Of a DNA stretch of 64,000 nt, positions 8,710-19,270 are shown one piece after another. The notes beneath the pieces were generated by a model. That model worked only from the letters and a program-made list of their open reading frames with translations, was not told where the DNA came from and made no database searches. Position numbers and translations under genes: made by a program. This DNA is from Gemmatimonadota bacterium (GTDB taxonomy: Bacteria; Gemmatimonadota; Gemmatimonadetes; JACCXV01; JAHWKZ01), in assembly GCA_035708865.1 (NCBI GenBank), contig DASTFF010000017.1:5952-69951 (forward strand), given 5' to 3'. Numbering within the stretch: the stretch's first letter is position 1; each line of letters opens with the position of its first letter.

Positions 8710-9620
8710 GCCCCGTCGACGACGAACCCTCGCCTACCCGCGCCGGCTTCGTGGCCATCCTCGGCCGGCCCAACGCCGGAAAATCGACCCTCCTCAACGC
8801 GCTGGTGGGCGAGCACCTGGCGGCCGTCAGCGCCAAGGTTCAGACCACGCGGCATCGGATCCCGGGCTTCTGGACCGACGGCGAGAGCCAGATCGTGTTC
8901 GTCGACACGCCGGGGCTGCTCGAGCCCGGCTATCCGCTCCAGGAGGCGATGATGGAGACGGCCCGGGCGGCCCTGGACGGGGTCGACGCGGTCTACTGGC
9001 TGGTGGACCACGACGAACCCTCGGACCTCGAGCGGACGCTCCTGGAGGGCCTCGCCCGCCGCGGGATGCCGCTGTTCCTGCTGCTGACGAAGGCGGACCA
9101 GGTGCCGGCTGCGAAGCTGGACGCCCGGGCGGCGCGCTGGAGGTCGGCTGCCCCGTGGCGCCACAGGTTGAGGATCGCCGCGCCGACGGGGGAAGGCCTG
9201 GACGACCTCCTCGAGGCGACGCGGGAGCTCCTGCCGGAGCAGCCCTTCTTCTATCCGGCCGACCAGCTGACCGATCTGAACCTGCGGTTCCTGGCGGCGG
9301 AGCTGGTCCGCGAGGCGTGTTACGAGGAGTTGGGACAGGAGCTCCCGTACAGCGTGCACGTGACGGTGGACGAATGGCGGGAGCCGGTCGCGGCCGGGGA
9401 GAAGACCGCGATCCGGGCGACGATCCACGTCGAGAGGGAGAGCCAGAAGGGGATCGTGATCGGCGAGCAGGGGCAGCGGCTCAAGGCGATCGGAACCCGC
9501 GCCCGGCGCGGAGTCGAAGCCTTGGTAGGCGGTCCGGTGTACCTTAGCTTGTGGGTCAAGCTACGGAAGAAGTGGTCGCGGCGTGAGGCCGACCTCAGGC
9601 GTTTCGGATATCGGCGCTGA
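8706..9620 (+). CDS. era: GTPase Era
   Basis: GFVAILGRPNAGKSTLLN, QTTR, DTPG, KH domain GIVIG..G..LK.IG..AR; ATGA overlap with GT87. Confidence 0.96.
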   Translation: MSPVDDEPSPTRAGFVAILGRPNAGKSTLLNALVGEHLAAVSAKVQTTRHRIPGFWTDGESQIVFVDTPGLLEPGYPLQEAMMETARAALDGVDAVYWLVDHDEPSDLERTLLEGLARRGMPLFLLLTKADQVPAAKLDARAARWRSAAPWRHRLRIAAPTGEGLDDLLEATRELLPEQPFFYPADQLTDLNLRFLAAELVREACYEELGQELPYSVHVTVDEWREPVAAGEKTAIRATIHVERESQKGIVIGEQGQRLKAIGTRARRGVEALVGGPVYLSLWVKLRKKWSRREADLRRFGYRR

Positions 9621-9658
9621 CGCCGACGCGGGCACCGCAGGGTGATCAGGAGGAGAGC

Positions 9659-9826
9659 ATGGCGTTGGACAAGGAGCTGCTGGAGATCCTGGCCTGTCCG
9701 AAGTGCAAGGGGGACTTGATCTACAAGGAAGATGAGCAGGTGCTGGAATGCCCCGCCTGCCGGCTGCGCTACGCGATCAAGGACGACATCCCGATCATGC
9801 TGATCGACGAGGCCGAGCCCTTCTGA
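9659..9826 (+). CDS. Trm112 family (YcaR-like) protein, 55 aa
   Basis: Manual translation (absent from track): MALDKELLEILACPKCKGDL..CPACRLRYAIKDDIPIMLIDEA; AGGAGGAG RBS. Confidence 0.93.
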   Translation: MALDKELLEILACPKCKGDLIYKEDEQVLECPACRLRYAIKDDIPIMLIDEAEPF

Positions 9827-9829
9827 GAC

Positions 9830-10066
9830 CTACCCGCCGGAGGGGAAGGGAAAGACCGGCGTGTCCTGGCATCCCTCGGGGGGAAGCGGAAGCACGCATA
9901 CACCCTCACCGACCGGCGTCCCGGGTGGGACGCCCGGCGGAGCCGGCGCCTCGGGCCCGAGCGGGGAGCCCCCGCCCAGGGCCCCCGGGCCCACGGGCGC
10001 GGCACAGGCGGTAGCTCCGGCCACGCCCAGTCCGAGCGCCAGGCCACGGAGGTGCGCTAGCTTCAT
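9830..10066 (-). CDS. Putative small Pro/Gly-rich lipoprotein
   Basis: MKLAHLRGLALGLGVAGATA-C lipobox-like; fills the gap between Trm112 and rnr; weak RBS. Confidence 0.5.
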   Translation of the reverse strand: MKLAHLRGLALGLGVAGATACAAPVGPGALGGGSPLGPEAPAPPGVPPGTPVGEGVCVLPLPPEGCQDTPVFPFPSGG

Positions 10067-10172
10067 CAGATTCAGGTTACCCGACCCGGCGCGGATTGTC
10101 CACCATCATTACTAACTCTTTATCAAGGACTCAAATGCCTAGCATGATGTCAAGCAGATTCGAGATCTCCGG

Positions 10173-12437
10173 ATGACGGCCCGGGTCAGCCGCGAGACCA
10201 CGCTCGACGCGCCGGTCCTCGAGGTCCTCGGCAAGGCCAAGCGGCCCCTCAAGCTCAAGGAGATCGCCAACGGGCTCGGCGTCAAGGAGGACGGTTACCC
10301 CGAGCTCAAGGAGGTCCTCGCCCGGATGACGGCCGAGGGCGCGATCTACCGCAGCAAGCACCAGCGCTACGCGCTCCCCCAGCAGATCAATCTGGTCGTG
10401 GGACGGCTGGATGCGACCCGCGGCGGAGCCGGCTTCGTGATCCCCGACAAGCGGGACGGGATGCTCGACGTGTTCGTCCCCCAGCAGCGGCTCGGGGGGG
10501 CCGTCCACCGGGACCGGGTGGTGGCCCGGATCGAGCACCGGAAGGCGCGCGGCAACCCGGAGGGGACGATCATCCGCGTCCTCGAGCGCGCGCAGAGCCA
10601 GGTCGTGGGCTCCCTTCAGCGCGGCAAGCACTTCGGCTTCGTGAAGCCCGACAGCCCGCTGTTCCACTTCGACGTCTATGTGGCGCAGGAGGATCTCGCC
10701 CACGCCGAGGAGGGGCAGAAGGTGGTTGTCGAGATCGACGACTGGGGGGATGGAACCAAGAACCCGGAGGGCCGCATCACCAAGGTCCTGGGCGATCCCG
10801 ACGATCCCGGCGTCGACATCCTGTCGATCGTCCTCTCGCACGGCCTCATGACCGATTTTCCGCCCGCGGTCGAGGAGGCGGCCGGACGGCTGCGCGTCGA
10901 CTTCGAGGCGGAGGCCGGACGCCGGCTGGACTTCCGGGACCGGCTGACGTTCACGATCGACCCGGCGGACGCGAAGGACTTCGACGACGCGCTCTCGCTC
11001 GTGCCTCTCGACGACGACCGCTACGAGATCGGCATCCACATCGCGGACGTGAGCCATTTCGTCCAGTACGACGAGCCGATCGACGACGAGGCCTACGCGC
11101 GTGGAACCTCGACGTACCTGGTCGACCGGGTGATCCCCATGCTGCCCGAGCGCCTCTCGAACGAGCTCTGCTCGCTGGTGCCCGGCGAGGACCGGCTCAC
11201 CTACTCGGTCATCGTGAAGATGGACGGCGACGCGCACATCCATGGCTTCGACATCGCCGAGACGGTGATCCGGAGCCGGCATCGGCTGAGCTATGCGGAG
11301 GCGCAGGTGATCATCCAGGGCCAGACCCCGAGGCCCGAGCACAAGGAGCTGCTGTTTCCGATCCAGACGCTGCGCCGGCTGGCCAAGCGGCTCAGCGGCA
11401 GGCGGTTCGGGCGCGGCAGCCTGGACTTCGACCTGCCGGAGGCGCGGGTCGAGCTCGATGCCGAGGGCTTCCCGATCGACATCAAGGAGTCCGTGCGGCT
11501 GGACAGCATGCGCCTCATCGAGGAGTTCATGCTGCTCGCCAACGAGATCGTCGCGCGCCATGCCACCAAGCGGAAGATCCCGTTCCTGTACAGGGTTCAC
11601 GACCAGCCCTCCCCGGAGAAGCTCGAGCGCCTGCGGGGGTTCGTCGGCGCCATGGGGTACCGGCTGCCACCCGGGGAGAGCATCCAGCCCGAGCATCTCA
11701 AGCGCGTCCTGGCCGAGGTCCGCGGCAAGCCCGAGGAGGAGCTCGTCAACACCGTCGTCCTGCGCTCGATGATGCAGGCCCGCTACGCGACCGAGAACAT
11801 CGGCCACTTCGGCCTGGCGGCCGAGCACTACGCGCATTTCACGTCACCCATTCGCCGCTATCCCGATCTCGTCGTGCACCGGCTGCTCAAGCGCCTCGAG
11901 TCGGGGGAGCGGTGGAAGGATCCGGCGCTGCGGGAGAAGACCATGGCGCGGCTGGACGACACCGCCGAGCACGCCTCGATCCAGGAGCGGATCGCCGAAC
12001 GCGCCGAGCGCGACTCGATCGAGCTGAAGAAGGTCGAGTTCATGGAACGTCACATCGGCAGCCGCTTCAAGGGCCGGATCAGCGGCGTCCGCTCGTTCGG
12101 CTTCTTCGTTCGTCTCGACCAGTACTTCGTGGAGGGACTGGTCCCGGCGCACGACCTGGAGGACGATTACTACGAGTTCCACGAGAACAGCTTCGCGCTG
12201 ATCGGCCGCAATACGGGACGCCGGTTCCGGCTGGCCGACCCGGTGGTCGTCGAGGTGATCGGGGTGAACAAGGAGGAGCGCCAGATCGACTTCACGCTCG
12301 TGGAAGGTCCGGATGGGAAGCCGGGGACGGGAGAGAAGAAGAAGGAGGCGGGGGCGGCCGGGCGTGGCGCGGGATCGCGGGAGCGGCGGAAGGGGGGACC
12401 GTCGAGGCGGCCGCAGAAGAAGGCCAAGGGTCGATGA
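10173..12437 (+). CDS. rnr: Ribonuclease R
   Basis: N-terminal HTH, cold-shock domains, RNB motif TIDPADAKDFDDA, HFTSPIRRYPDL, S1 domain, basic tail. Confidence 0.96.
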   Translation: MTARVSRETTLDAPVLEVLGKAKRPLKLKEIANGLGVKEDGYPELKEVLARMTAEGAIYRSKHQRYALPQQINLVVGRLDATRGGAGFVIPDKRDGMLDVFVPQQRLGGAVHRDRVVARIEHRKARGNPEGTIIRVLERAQSQVVGSLQRGKHFGFVKPDSPLFHFDVYVAQEDLAHAEEGQKVVVEIDDWGDGTKNPEGRITKVLGDPDDPGVDILSIVLSHGLMTDFPPAVEEAAGRLRVDFEAEAGRRLDFRDRLTFTIDPADAKDFDDALSLVPLDDDRYEIGIHIADVSHFVQYDEPIDDEAYARGTSTYLVDRVIPMLPERLSNELCSLVPGEDRLTYSVIVKMDGDAHIHGFDIAETVIRSRHRLSYAEAQVIIQGQTPRPEHKELLFPIQTLRRLAKRLSGRRFGRGSLDFDLPEARVELDAEGFPIDIKESVRLDSMRLIEEFMLLANEIVARHATKRKIPFLYRVHDQPSPEKLERLRGFVGAMGYRLPPGESIQPEHLKRVLAEVRGKPEEELVNTVVLRSMMQARYATENIGHFGLAAEHYAHFTSPIRRYPDLVVHRLLKRLESGERWKDPALREKTMARLDDTAEHASIQERIAERAERDSIELKKVEFMERHIGSRFKGRISGVRSFGFFVRLDQYFVEGLVPAHDLEDDYYEFHENSFALIGRNTGRRFRLADPVVVEVIGVNKEERQIDFTLVEGPDGKPGTGEKKKEAGAAGRGAGSRERRKGGPSRRPQKKAKGR

Positions 12438-12835
12438 GACGTGAGTTCGCCTACCCGGTTGTGCGGTGGCTTCTCAAGGGGTGGTTCTTCGGGAGCGCGA
12501 TCCTGTTCTTCTACCTGTTCTGGATCGATGTCTTCGTGCACCGGTGGTTCATCCTGCTGTGGTCCCTGTTCAGCCTGGGGCTCGGGGTCTACGTCGCCCC
12601 GGCCATCCGGGTCGGCCGTGAAGGGCTGGCGGTCAAGTACCTGTGGACCTACCGCCACATTCCCTGGGAGCGCGTCATGAGCGTCCAGCGGACCTTGCTG
12701 GGGGCCCAGTTCCTGACGCTGGAGTCCAACTGGATGTATCGGGTCGTCGGGTATCAGCGTCCCATGCCGAAGGTCGGGGAGCTGGTGCGAGCGGCACGGC
12801 TCGCCAAGCGCGTGCGAGGGCTGGGCCGCGGGTAG
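12434..12835 (+). CDS. Hypothetical membrane protein (2 TM + bacterial PH-like C-terminus)
   Basis: ATGA overlap with the rnr stop; two hydrophobic helices, then RVGREGLAVKYLW..IPWERV. Confidence 0.7.
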   Translation: MRREFAYPVVRWLLKGWFFGSAILFFYLFWIDVFVHRWFILLWSLFSLGLGVYVAPAIRVGREGLAVKYLWTYRHIPWERVMSVQRTLLGAQFLTLESNWMYRVVGYQRPMPKVGELVRAARLAKRVRGLGRG

Positions 12836-12849
12836 TGTCAGGGACGTGC

Positions 12850-12878
12850 TTGACAGAACTTCCGCGGTGGCTTAGGAA
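12850..12878 (+). promoter_or_regulatory. Sigma70-type promoter candidate
   Basis: TTGACA (12850-12855), N17, TAGGAA (imperfect -10); AGGAGG RBS before ATG 12919. Confidence 0.45.
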
Positions 12879-12918
12879 CGATAGGTTTCGATCCCCCAAC
12901 CCGTAGGAGGTCATCGTT

Positions 12919-13158
12919 ATGGCCCAGGAAGGCGGCGGCGGAGGCGGCGGTCAGGGCGGCATCTACGCCATCCTGATCATCATCGTGATCCTGATCCTCG
13001 CGGCGGTTCTCTACATGAGCGGCGCGTTCGGGGGTGGAGCGGCGGACGACGGCACCGACATCGACGCCGACGTGGACATCTCCGCGCCCGAGCTTCCTGG
13101 AGAGGGTGACGGTGGAGGCGGCGACGGTGGAGGTGGCGAGCAGGGCGGCGGGAGCTGA
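12919..13158 (+). CDS. Small single-pass membrane protein, Gly/Asp-rich
   Basis: AGGAGG RBS; one TM helix IYAILIIIVILILAAVLYM, then acidic DIDADVDI and a Gly-rich tail. Confidence 0.8.
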   Translation: MAQEGGGGGGGQGGIYAILIIIVILILAAVLYMSGAFGGGAADDGTDIDADVDISAPELPGEGDGGGGDGGGGEQGGGS

Positions 13159-13181
13159 TCCCGGACGCCAGTTGATGGACG

Positions 13182-13212
13182 ACGAGGGGGGTGCCGATGG
13201 CGCCCCCTTCGT
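13182..13212 (+). terminator. 14-bp hairpin between convergent genes
   Basis: ACGAGGGGGGTGCC-GAT-GGCGCCCCCTTCGT pairs fully on + with two G.U pairs; no U-tract, so it may be a stabilising or factor-dependent element. Confidence 0.55.
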
Positions 13213-13215
13213 GTG

Positions 13216-13710
13216 CTAGTCGTCCACGGCTTCCTCGTACCCCAGCACGGTGTTGTAGATCGCCCGGTCGTAGAAGCGGCTGATCGCGCGGGTGACCTCG
13301 AGCTCGAGAGCGAGGGAGAGCGCCTTGTCCTCCACGATCCGGTCCCACAGGCTGCGCTTGGCGAGCAGAATCGCCGCCACCACCTGGCTGAGCGGGAACC
13401 CCTTCCGTCGCCGATCCCGCCCGATCCTCCGGTAATGAGGATCGATCCGCGGGTCCCACTCGCCGTTGCGGAGCCACGCGGCGAGGTAGTGGTAGAGAGC
13501 CTCGGTGTCACGCCTGAGCTCGTCGGTATCGGGGTACGCGGTGTAGGCCGGCGTTGTCGGGTCGCTGCGCACCGCCTCCAGCCAGTCGGCGACCCAATCC
13601 TTGACGTGGCTGGCGATGTACCGGGACAGCCGGAGCTGGGGCAGGATGCGGAAGCGACTGGAACGGGGGAGGGCTGGCGACTCCAACTTATCGTCGTTCA
13701 CGGGGCTCAT
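13216..13710 (-). CDS. Standalone all-helical protein resembling the RsbRD N-terminal (non-haem globin-like) domain
   Basis: ATG 13710 after AGGAGAC, overlapping the purF stop; YRRIGRDRRRKGFPLSQVVAAILLAKRSLW..FYDRAIY pattern. Confidence 0.65.
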   Translation of the reverse strand: MSPVNDDKLESPALPRSSRFRILPQLRLSRYIASHVKDWVADWLEAVRSDPTTPAYTAYPDTDELRRDTEALYHYLAAWLRNGEWDPRIDPHYRRIGRDRRRKGFPLSQVVAAILLAKRSLWDRIVEDKALSLALELEVTRAISRFYDRAIYNTVLGYEEAVDD

Positions 13711-15128
13711 GTCTCCTCGGTCACGGCGCCCGTGGGCTCGAACGCCGTCTTCTCCTCGATGCCCATCTCGACCGGAACGCGATAGTTGCCGCTGAAGCAG
13801 GCGTCGCAGTGCCGCTCGCGCGCCCCCACTGCCCGGTACAGCCCGTCGAACGAAAGATAGCCCAGGGAGTCCGCTCCCACCTGGTCCCGGATCTGGTCGG
13901 CCGTGCGGCTGGAGGCGATCAGCTCGTCCCGGTTGGGGATGTCGATGCCGTAGTAGCATGGGTGGCGAAGAGGGGGGGAAGCGATCCTGAGATGCACCTC
14001 GCTCGCACCGGCATCCCGGATGAGGCGGACCAGCGCGCTGGAGGTGGTCCCGCGGACGATCGAGTCGTCGACGACCACGACGCGGCGCCCGCGGATGACG
14101 CTGGTGACGGGGTTGTACTTGATCTTGACCCGGAAGTCACGGACGTCCTGGCCCGGCTGGATGAACGTCCGCCCGATGTAGTGGTTCCTGATGAGCCCGT
14201 GCTCGAGCGGCAATCCGCTCGCCTCGGCGTACCCGGCCGCGGCGGCGTTGCTGGAGTCGGGGACCGAGAACACGCAGTCGGCGGCGGCGGGCTGCTCACG
14301 GGCCAGCTCGCGGCCCATGCGGCGTCGGGCCTCGGCGCCGCTCAGCCCGAACATGACCGAGTCCGGACGGGCGAAATAGATCTGTTCGAAGACGCACATG
14401 CACTCCGATTCGGCCGGGTCGTCACGCAGGACCTCCAGGCCCCCCTCGAAGGGGAGCTTGATGACCTCGCCCGGCCCCACCTCGCGCTCGGCCTCGACGC
14501 CGAGCAGGTCCAGCGCGCAGGTCTCGGAAGCGAGAACCGACACGCCGTCCTCCCGCCGCCCCAAGGACAGCGGCCGGAAACCGTGCGGATCGCGAGCCGC
14601 GTACAAGGCGTCCTGGGTGAGTATCAGGAACGAATAGGCGCCCCGGATCTGCCCGAGGGCGTCCAGGATCGCCGCGTCGCGGGACCTCGTCCGCGAGGCG
14701 GCGATCAGGTGGACCAGCACCTCGGTGTCCATCGTCGACTGGAAGATCGAGCCGGCGTCCTCGAGCCGCCGGCGGAGGGTTCGGGCGTTGACCAGATTGC
14801 CGTTGTGGGCCACGGCCAGGAAGCCGTCCCGGTAGTTCACTAGGATCGGCTGGGCGTTGGCGAGGACCGGCGAACCGGTGGTCGAGTAGCGGTTGTGGCC
14901 GACCGCGGCCGAGCCGGGCAGATCGTCGAGGGCCGGCTGGGCGAACACGTCGGCGACCAGCCCCATGCCACGCCGGACGTACGGCCGGGCGCCGTCGGTC
15001 GTCACGATGCCGGTCGACTCCTGGCCGCGATGCTGAAGCGCGTACAGGGCGAGACACGCCCACTCCGCGGCGCGGGGATGGCCGGTCACGCCGACGATCC
15101 CGCACTCTTCGCCGAGCCGGCGCTTCAT
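13707..15128 (-). CDS. purF: Amidophosphoribosyltransferase (Fe-S, propeptide type)
   Basis: [43 protein letters not shown]; Fe-S cysteines CVFE, PCYYGID, CDAC. Confidence 0.97.
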   Translation of the reverse strand: MKRRLGEECGIVGVTGHPRAAEWACLALYALQHRGQESTGIVTTDGARPYVRRGMGLVADVFAQPALDDLPGSAAVGHNRYSTTGSPVLANAQPILVNYRDGFLAVAHNGNLVNARTLRRRLEDAGSIFQSTMDTEVLVHLIAASRTRSRDAAILDALGQIRGAYSFLILTQDALYAARDPHGFRPLSLGRREDGVSVLASETCALDLLGVEAEREVGPGEVIKLPFEGGLEVLRDDPAESECMCVFEQIYFARPDSVMFGLSGAEARRRMGRELAREQPAAADCVFSVPDSSNAAAAGYAEASGLPLEHGLIRNHYIGRTFIQPGQDVRDFRVKIKYNPVTSVIRGRRVVVVDDSIVRGTTSSALVRLIRDAGASEVHLRIASPPLRHPCYYGIDIPNRDELIASSRTADQIRDQVGADSLGYLSFDGLYRAVGARERHCDACFSGNYRVPVEMGIEEKTAFEPTGAVTEET

Positions 15129-17365
15129 CGGCTGGACTCCATGAGCTGCATGATCCGGGGGATCGTACCCTCCCACAACGTCTGCAGATCCGGTCGCGGG
15201 CGGTCGCCGAGGCCCACGATGCGGAAGACGGGCGACCCCGTCAAGCGCCCCGTGCGCCGGGCCGGCAGGCCATGCTCCGAGATCCGCCGGAGAACCTCGC
15301 CCTCGTGCGCCGGGTCGATCACCAGCAGCATCCGACCCGCGTCCTCCCCGAAGAGGCCCGGCACGGGAGCGGCCCCCGACGGAAGCTCGAGGTCGAGGCC
15401 CGTCCCGGCGGGATGGCCGAAGAGGAGCTCGAGGGCCGCGATGCCCAGCCCGCCGTCCGAGAGATCGTGCGCCGACCGGACGAGCGCGGCCGCAGAGAGC
15501 TGGCGGACGGCGTCTCCCAGCCGCCTCTCGGCGTCCAGATCGACGGCCGGAGCCCGGCCCGCCGTACGGCCCAGCACCTCCTCGAAGAGCGACGACGCTC
15601 CGAGGTGGGAGCCCTCGCCGCCGACCAGCAGCACGAGGTCGCCCGGCCGGCCGCGACCCGGGAGAATCGCCCGGTCGAGGTCCACCAGCCCGACCATGCC
15701 GACGGTCGGCGTGGGATGGATGGCACCCCGGGCGGACTCGTTGTAGAAGGAGACGTTCCCGCTCACGATCGGCGTCCCGAGCGCGCGGCACGCCTCCGAG
15801 ATCCCTCGGATCGCCTCGACGAACTGCCAGTAGACGTCGTCCTTCTCCGGGTTTCCGAAGTTGAGGCAGTCGGTAATCGCGAGCGGCCGGGCGCCGACCG
15901 CGGCCAGGTTGCGAGCCGCCTCGGCGACCGCCAGCACGGCGCCCCGGCGGGGGTCGCAGTAGACCCAGCGGCCGTTTCCGTCCACCACGATGGCCAGCCC
16001 GCGCCGGGTGCCGCGGATCCGGACGATCGCCGCGTCGGCCCCGGGCCCCGCCACCGTCGAGGCCTGGACCGAGTGGTCGTACTGCTCCCACACCCAGCGC
16101 TTGCTGGCGACAGTGGGCGAGGAAAGGAGGGTCTCCAGCGCATGCCAGGGATCGATGGCGTCGATCTCGGAGCGCTCGGGCAGGGCATGGACCCGGGCCA
16201 CGTAGGCAGGGGTCTCCACCTCGCGGACGTAGCGCGGGACCTCGTCGATAAGGGCGCGGACCGGGACCTCGCAGACGACAGCGTCTCCGTCCAGGATTCG
16301 CCACACGCCGTCGTCGGTGACCCGGCCGACCCGGGTGCACGGCAGGTCCCACCGTCCGGCGACCTCCATGAGCGCGGGCTCGTTTGCCGGGTCGGCGGAG
16401 ATCAGCATCCGCTCCTGGGACTCGCTGAGGAGGACCTCGTAGGCGGTCATGCCCGGCTCGCGGCGCGGGACCCTGGCCACGTCGATCTCGATCCCAGCCC
16501 CGGCGCGCGAGGCCATCTCGCTGGACGACGACGAGATGCCGGCCGCCCCCATGTCCTGGATCCCCGAGACGACGCCGCGTCCGATCAGCTCGAGCGTGGC
16601 CTCGAGCAGCAGCTTCTCGGTGAACGGGTCGCCGACCTGCACGGTCGGCCGGCTCTCGATGGCGTCATCCTTGAGCTCGCTGGAGGCGAGCAGGCTCGCG
16701 CCGTGGATCCCGTCCCGGCCGGTCCGGGCCCCCAGCACATAGACGGCGTTGCCGGGGCTTCCCGCCGACGCGCGGGTCAACTCCTCGTGGCGGAGGATGC
16801 CGACGCACATCGCGTTGACGAGAGGATTGCCCCGGTATGCGTCGTCGAAGACGACCTCGCCGCCGACGGTCGGCACTCCCACGCAGTTGCCGTAGTCGCC
16901 GACGCCGCGGACGACGTGGCGGAAGAGGTAGCGGACGTGGGGGTCGTCGAGCTCGCCGAAGCGCAGGGAGTCGAGCAGCGCGATCGGCCGGGCGCCCATC
17001 GTGAACACGTCGCGCAGGATCCCGCCCACGCCGGTCGCCGCACCCTGGTAGGGCTCGACGGCCGAGGGGTGGTTGTGGCTCTCCATCTTGAACGCCACCG
17101 CCAGGCCGTCGCCCACGTCGACGGCGCCGGCGTTCTCGCCCGGTCCCTGGAGGACCTGAGGGCCCGTCGTCGGCAGCTCGGCGAGCCACGCGCGGCTGTA
17201 CTTGTAGCCGCAGTGCTCGCTCCACATGAGGCTGAAGACCCCGAGCTCGGTGAGGCCGGGCTCCCGGCCGAGGAGCTCGACGATCCGCTCGTACTCGTAG
17301 GGCGTGAGGCCGTGGGCCTCGACGTCGGCCGGTGTGATCGCCCGCTCTTCGAGCGCGGTCGTCAA
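15125..17365 (-). CDS. purL: FGAM synthase subunit PurL (small type)
   Basis: TTG start; [62 protein letters not shown]. Confidence 0.97.
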   Translation of the reverse strand: MTTALEERAITPADVEAHGLTPYEYERIVELLGREPGLTELGVFSLMWSEHCGYKYSRAWLAELPTTGPQVLQGPGENAGAVDVGDGLAVAFKMESHNHPSAVEPYQGAATGVGGILRDVFTMGARPIALLDSLRFGELDDPHVRYLFRHVVRGVGDYGNCVGVPTVGGEVVFDDAYRGNPLVNAMCVGILRHEELTRASAGSPGNAVYVLGARTGRDGIHGASLLASSELKDDAIESRPTVQVGDPFTEKLLLEATLELIGRGVVSGIQDMGAAGISSSSSEMASRAGAGIEIDVARVPRREPGMTAYEVLLSESQERMLISADPANEPALMEVAGRWDLPCTRVGRVTDDGVWRILDGDAVVCEVPVRALIDEVPRYVREVETPAYVARVHALPERSEIDAIDPWHALETLLSSPTVASKRWVWEQYDHSVQASTVAGPGADAAIVRIRGTRRGLAIVVDGNGRWVYCDPRRGAVLAVAEAARNLAAVGARPLAITDCLNFGNPEKDDVYWQFVEAIRGISEACRALGTPIVSGNVSFYNESARGAIHPTPTVGMVGLVDLDRAILPGRGRPGDLVLLVGGEGSHLGASSLFEEVLGRTAGRAPAVDLDAERRLGDAVRQLSAAALVRSAHDLSDGGLGIAALELLFGHPAGTGLDLELPSGAAPVPGLFGEDAGRMLLVIDPAHEGEVLRRISEHGLPARRTGRLTGSPVFRIVGLGDRPRPDLQTLWEGTIPRIMQLMESSR

Positions 17366-18060
17366 GCTGCCGCCTCCAGCAGGCCCTGGAACACGCGGAT
17401 CCCGTCGTCCGAGCCGACCAGCGACTCCATGGCGCGGTCGGGGTGCGGCATCAGCCCCACGATGTTGCCGGTCTCGTCGGCGATGCCGGCGATCGAGCGC
17501 GCCGAGCCGTTGGGGTTGCCTTCGGGGGTCGCCTGGCCGTGCTCGTCGACGTAGCGGAAGACCACCCGCCCCTCGGCCTCGAGCCGGTCCAGGACCGCGG
17601 GGGGGGCCACATAGTTCCCCTCGCCGTGGGCGACCGGAAAGCGGACCAGCTCACCGGGACGGTAGTGGCGGGTGAAGGGAGTCGCCGTCGAATCGATCCT
17701 GAGCCATTGCGGGCGGCAGACGAAGCTCAGGCGGTCGTTCCGCATGAGCGCGCCCGGCAGCAGCCCGGCCTCGGTCAGGATCTGAAACCCGTTGCAGATC
17801 CCGAGCACCGGTCGGCCCCGTTCTGCGAAGCGGATCACCTCTTCCATGATCGGGCTGAAGCGGGCGATCGCCCCGGCCCGCAGGTAGTCGCCGTACGCGA
17901 AGCCGCCGGCCAGCACGATCGCCCTGACGCCGGCCAGGTCCCGCTCCTTGTGCCACAGCCAGACAGGACGCGCGCCGGAAACGCTCCCCACGGCGTCGAA
18001 GACGTCCTGGTCGCAGTTGGTTCCTGGGAACCGGATGACGCCGATCGGAACCGCCGTCAA
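17362..18060 (-). CDS. purQ: FGAM synthase glutaminase subunit PurQ
   Basis: TTG 18060 overlapping the purS stop; [34 protein letters not shown]. Confidence 0.96.
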   Translation of the reverse strand: MTAVPIGVIRFPGTNCDQDVFDAVGSVSGARPVWLWHKERDLAGVRAIVLAGGFAYGDYLRAGAIARFSPIMEEVIRFAERGRPVLGICNGFQILTEAGLLPGALMRNDRLSFVCRPQWLRIDSTATPFTRHYRPGELVRFPVAHGEGNYVAPPAVLDRLEAEGRVVFRYVDEHGQATPEGNPNGSARSIAGIADETGNIVGLMPHPDRAMESLVGSDDGIRVFQGLLEAAA

Positions 18061-18311
18061 CGCCCGTCGTCTTCGATCCGGTATTCGAAGCTCTCGATCA
18101 CCGGGTTGGCGAGGAGGCGCTCGCACATCTCCTCGACCTCGTGACCGGCCGCCTCCCGATCGGTCTCGGCCAGGCCGAAGGTGATCCACTTGCCGACCCG
18201 CAGGTTGGAGACGCCCTCGTGGCCGAGCGACTCGAGGGCGTGGCGGATGGTCTCGCCCTGCGGATCGAGCAGGCCCGGCTTGAGCTGGACGAAGACCTGG
18301 ACACGCGTCAT
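18057..18311 (-). CDS. purS: FGAM synthase subunit PurS
   Basis: LKPGLLDPQG..RVGK..LLANPVIE. Confidence 0.96.
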   Translation of the reverse strand: MTRVQVFVQLKPGLLDPQGETIRHALESLGHEGVSNLRVGKWITFGLAETDREAAGHEVEEMCERLLANPVIESFEYRIEDDGR

Positions 18312-19270
18312 CGGGCCGACTCCCCAGCGGCCCATGAGCTCGTTCCGGCGGCCGGCAGGGGATGTCCGGTGATCCGCCGGAACGCCTCGCGATAGCGCTC
18401 CGTCGTGGCTTCGACAGCGGCGTCGGGCAGCGGCGGGAGGGGCGGCTCGCCGTTCCACCGTCCGGCCCTGCGCTCGGTTTCGAGGAAGTCCCGGACGGGC
18501 TGCTTGTCGAACGATGGCTGGGGTCCCCCCGGACTCCACTCCGCGGCGTCCCAGAAGCGCGACGAATCAGGCGTCAGGACCTCGTCGATCAAAAGGATCT
18601 CTCCAGTCTCGGCGGCGCGGCCGAATTCGAACTTGGTGTCGGCGAGGATGATCCCGCGCTCGGCGGCATGATCGCCGCCTTCGGCGTACAGGGAGAGCGA
18701 GCGGTCGCGCAGCTCGCGCGCCAGATCGCTGCCGATCCGCCGCGCCATCTCGTCGAACGCGATGTTCTCGTCGTGGCCGCTCTCCGCCTTGGTGGCGGGT
18801 GTGAAGATGGGTTGGGGCAGCCGGTCTCCGCGCCTGAGCCCGGCAGGGAGCTCGATTCCGGTGACCATTCCCGTCTCCCGGTACTCCTTCCACCCCGATC
18901 CGTCCAGGTAGCCACGGACCACGCACTCGACTGGAAAGGTCTCGGCGCGCCGGCAGAGCATCGCGCGACCGGCGAGGGTCGCACCGTGCCTCGCGAGGCG
19001 TGGCGCGCGCTCGATGATCTCGTCGATGTCGGCGGTGATGCGGTGATGGGGCGCGGCCGCGTGCAGGCGATCGAACCAGAAGTCGGAGAGGCCTGTCAGC
19101 ACCGCTCCCTTGTCGGGGATCCCGCGCTCGAACACGATGTCGAACGCCGACAGGCGGTCGGTGGCGACCATGAGGATGTCGTCGCCGAGCGCGAACATCT
19201 CCCGCACCTTGCCGCGGCGGATCCGGGGCAGGTGGAGATCGAGGGTGGTGAGCGGCCGGCTCGACGTCAC
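18308..19270 (-). CDS. purC: SAICAR synthetase
   Basis: GKVRE, TDRLSAFD, ECVVRGYLDGSG, FTPATKAESGHDENI, ADTKFEFG, DEVLTPDSSRFW, FDKQ. Confidence 0.96.
   Translation of the reverse strand: MTSSRPLTTLDLHLPRIRRGKVREMFALGDDILMVATDRLSAFDIVFERGIPDKGAVLTGLSDFWFDRLHAAAPHHRITADIDEIIERAPRLARHGATLAGRAMLCRRAETFPVECVVRGYLDGSGWKEYRETGMVTGIELPAGLRRGDRLPQPIFTPATKAESGHDENIAFDEMARRIGSDLARELRDRSLSLYAEGGDHAAERGIILADTKFEFGRAAETGEILLIDEVLTPDSSRFWDAAEWSPGGPQPSFDKQPVRDFLETERRAGRWNGEPPLPPLPDAAVEATTERYREAFRRITGHPLPAAGTSSWAAGESAR

Noticed and set aside
9075-9105. Era G4 motif TKAD instead of NKxD
   Set aside because: Single substitution with all other motifs intact; such variants occur in Era-like GTPases.
10067-10172. 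AT-rich gap as a small RNA or defined promoter
   Set aside because: A minus-strand TTGACA (10153-10148) has no matching -10 at 16-18 nt; only a generic divergent promoter region can be claimed.
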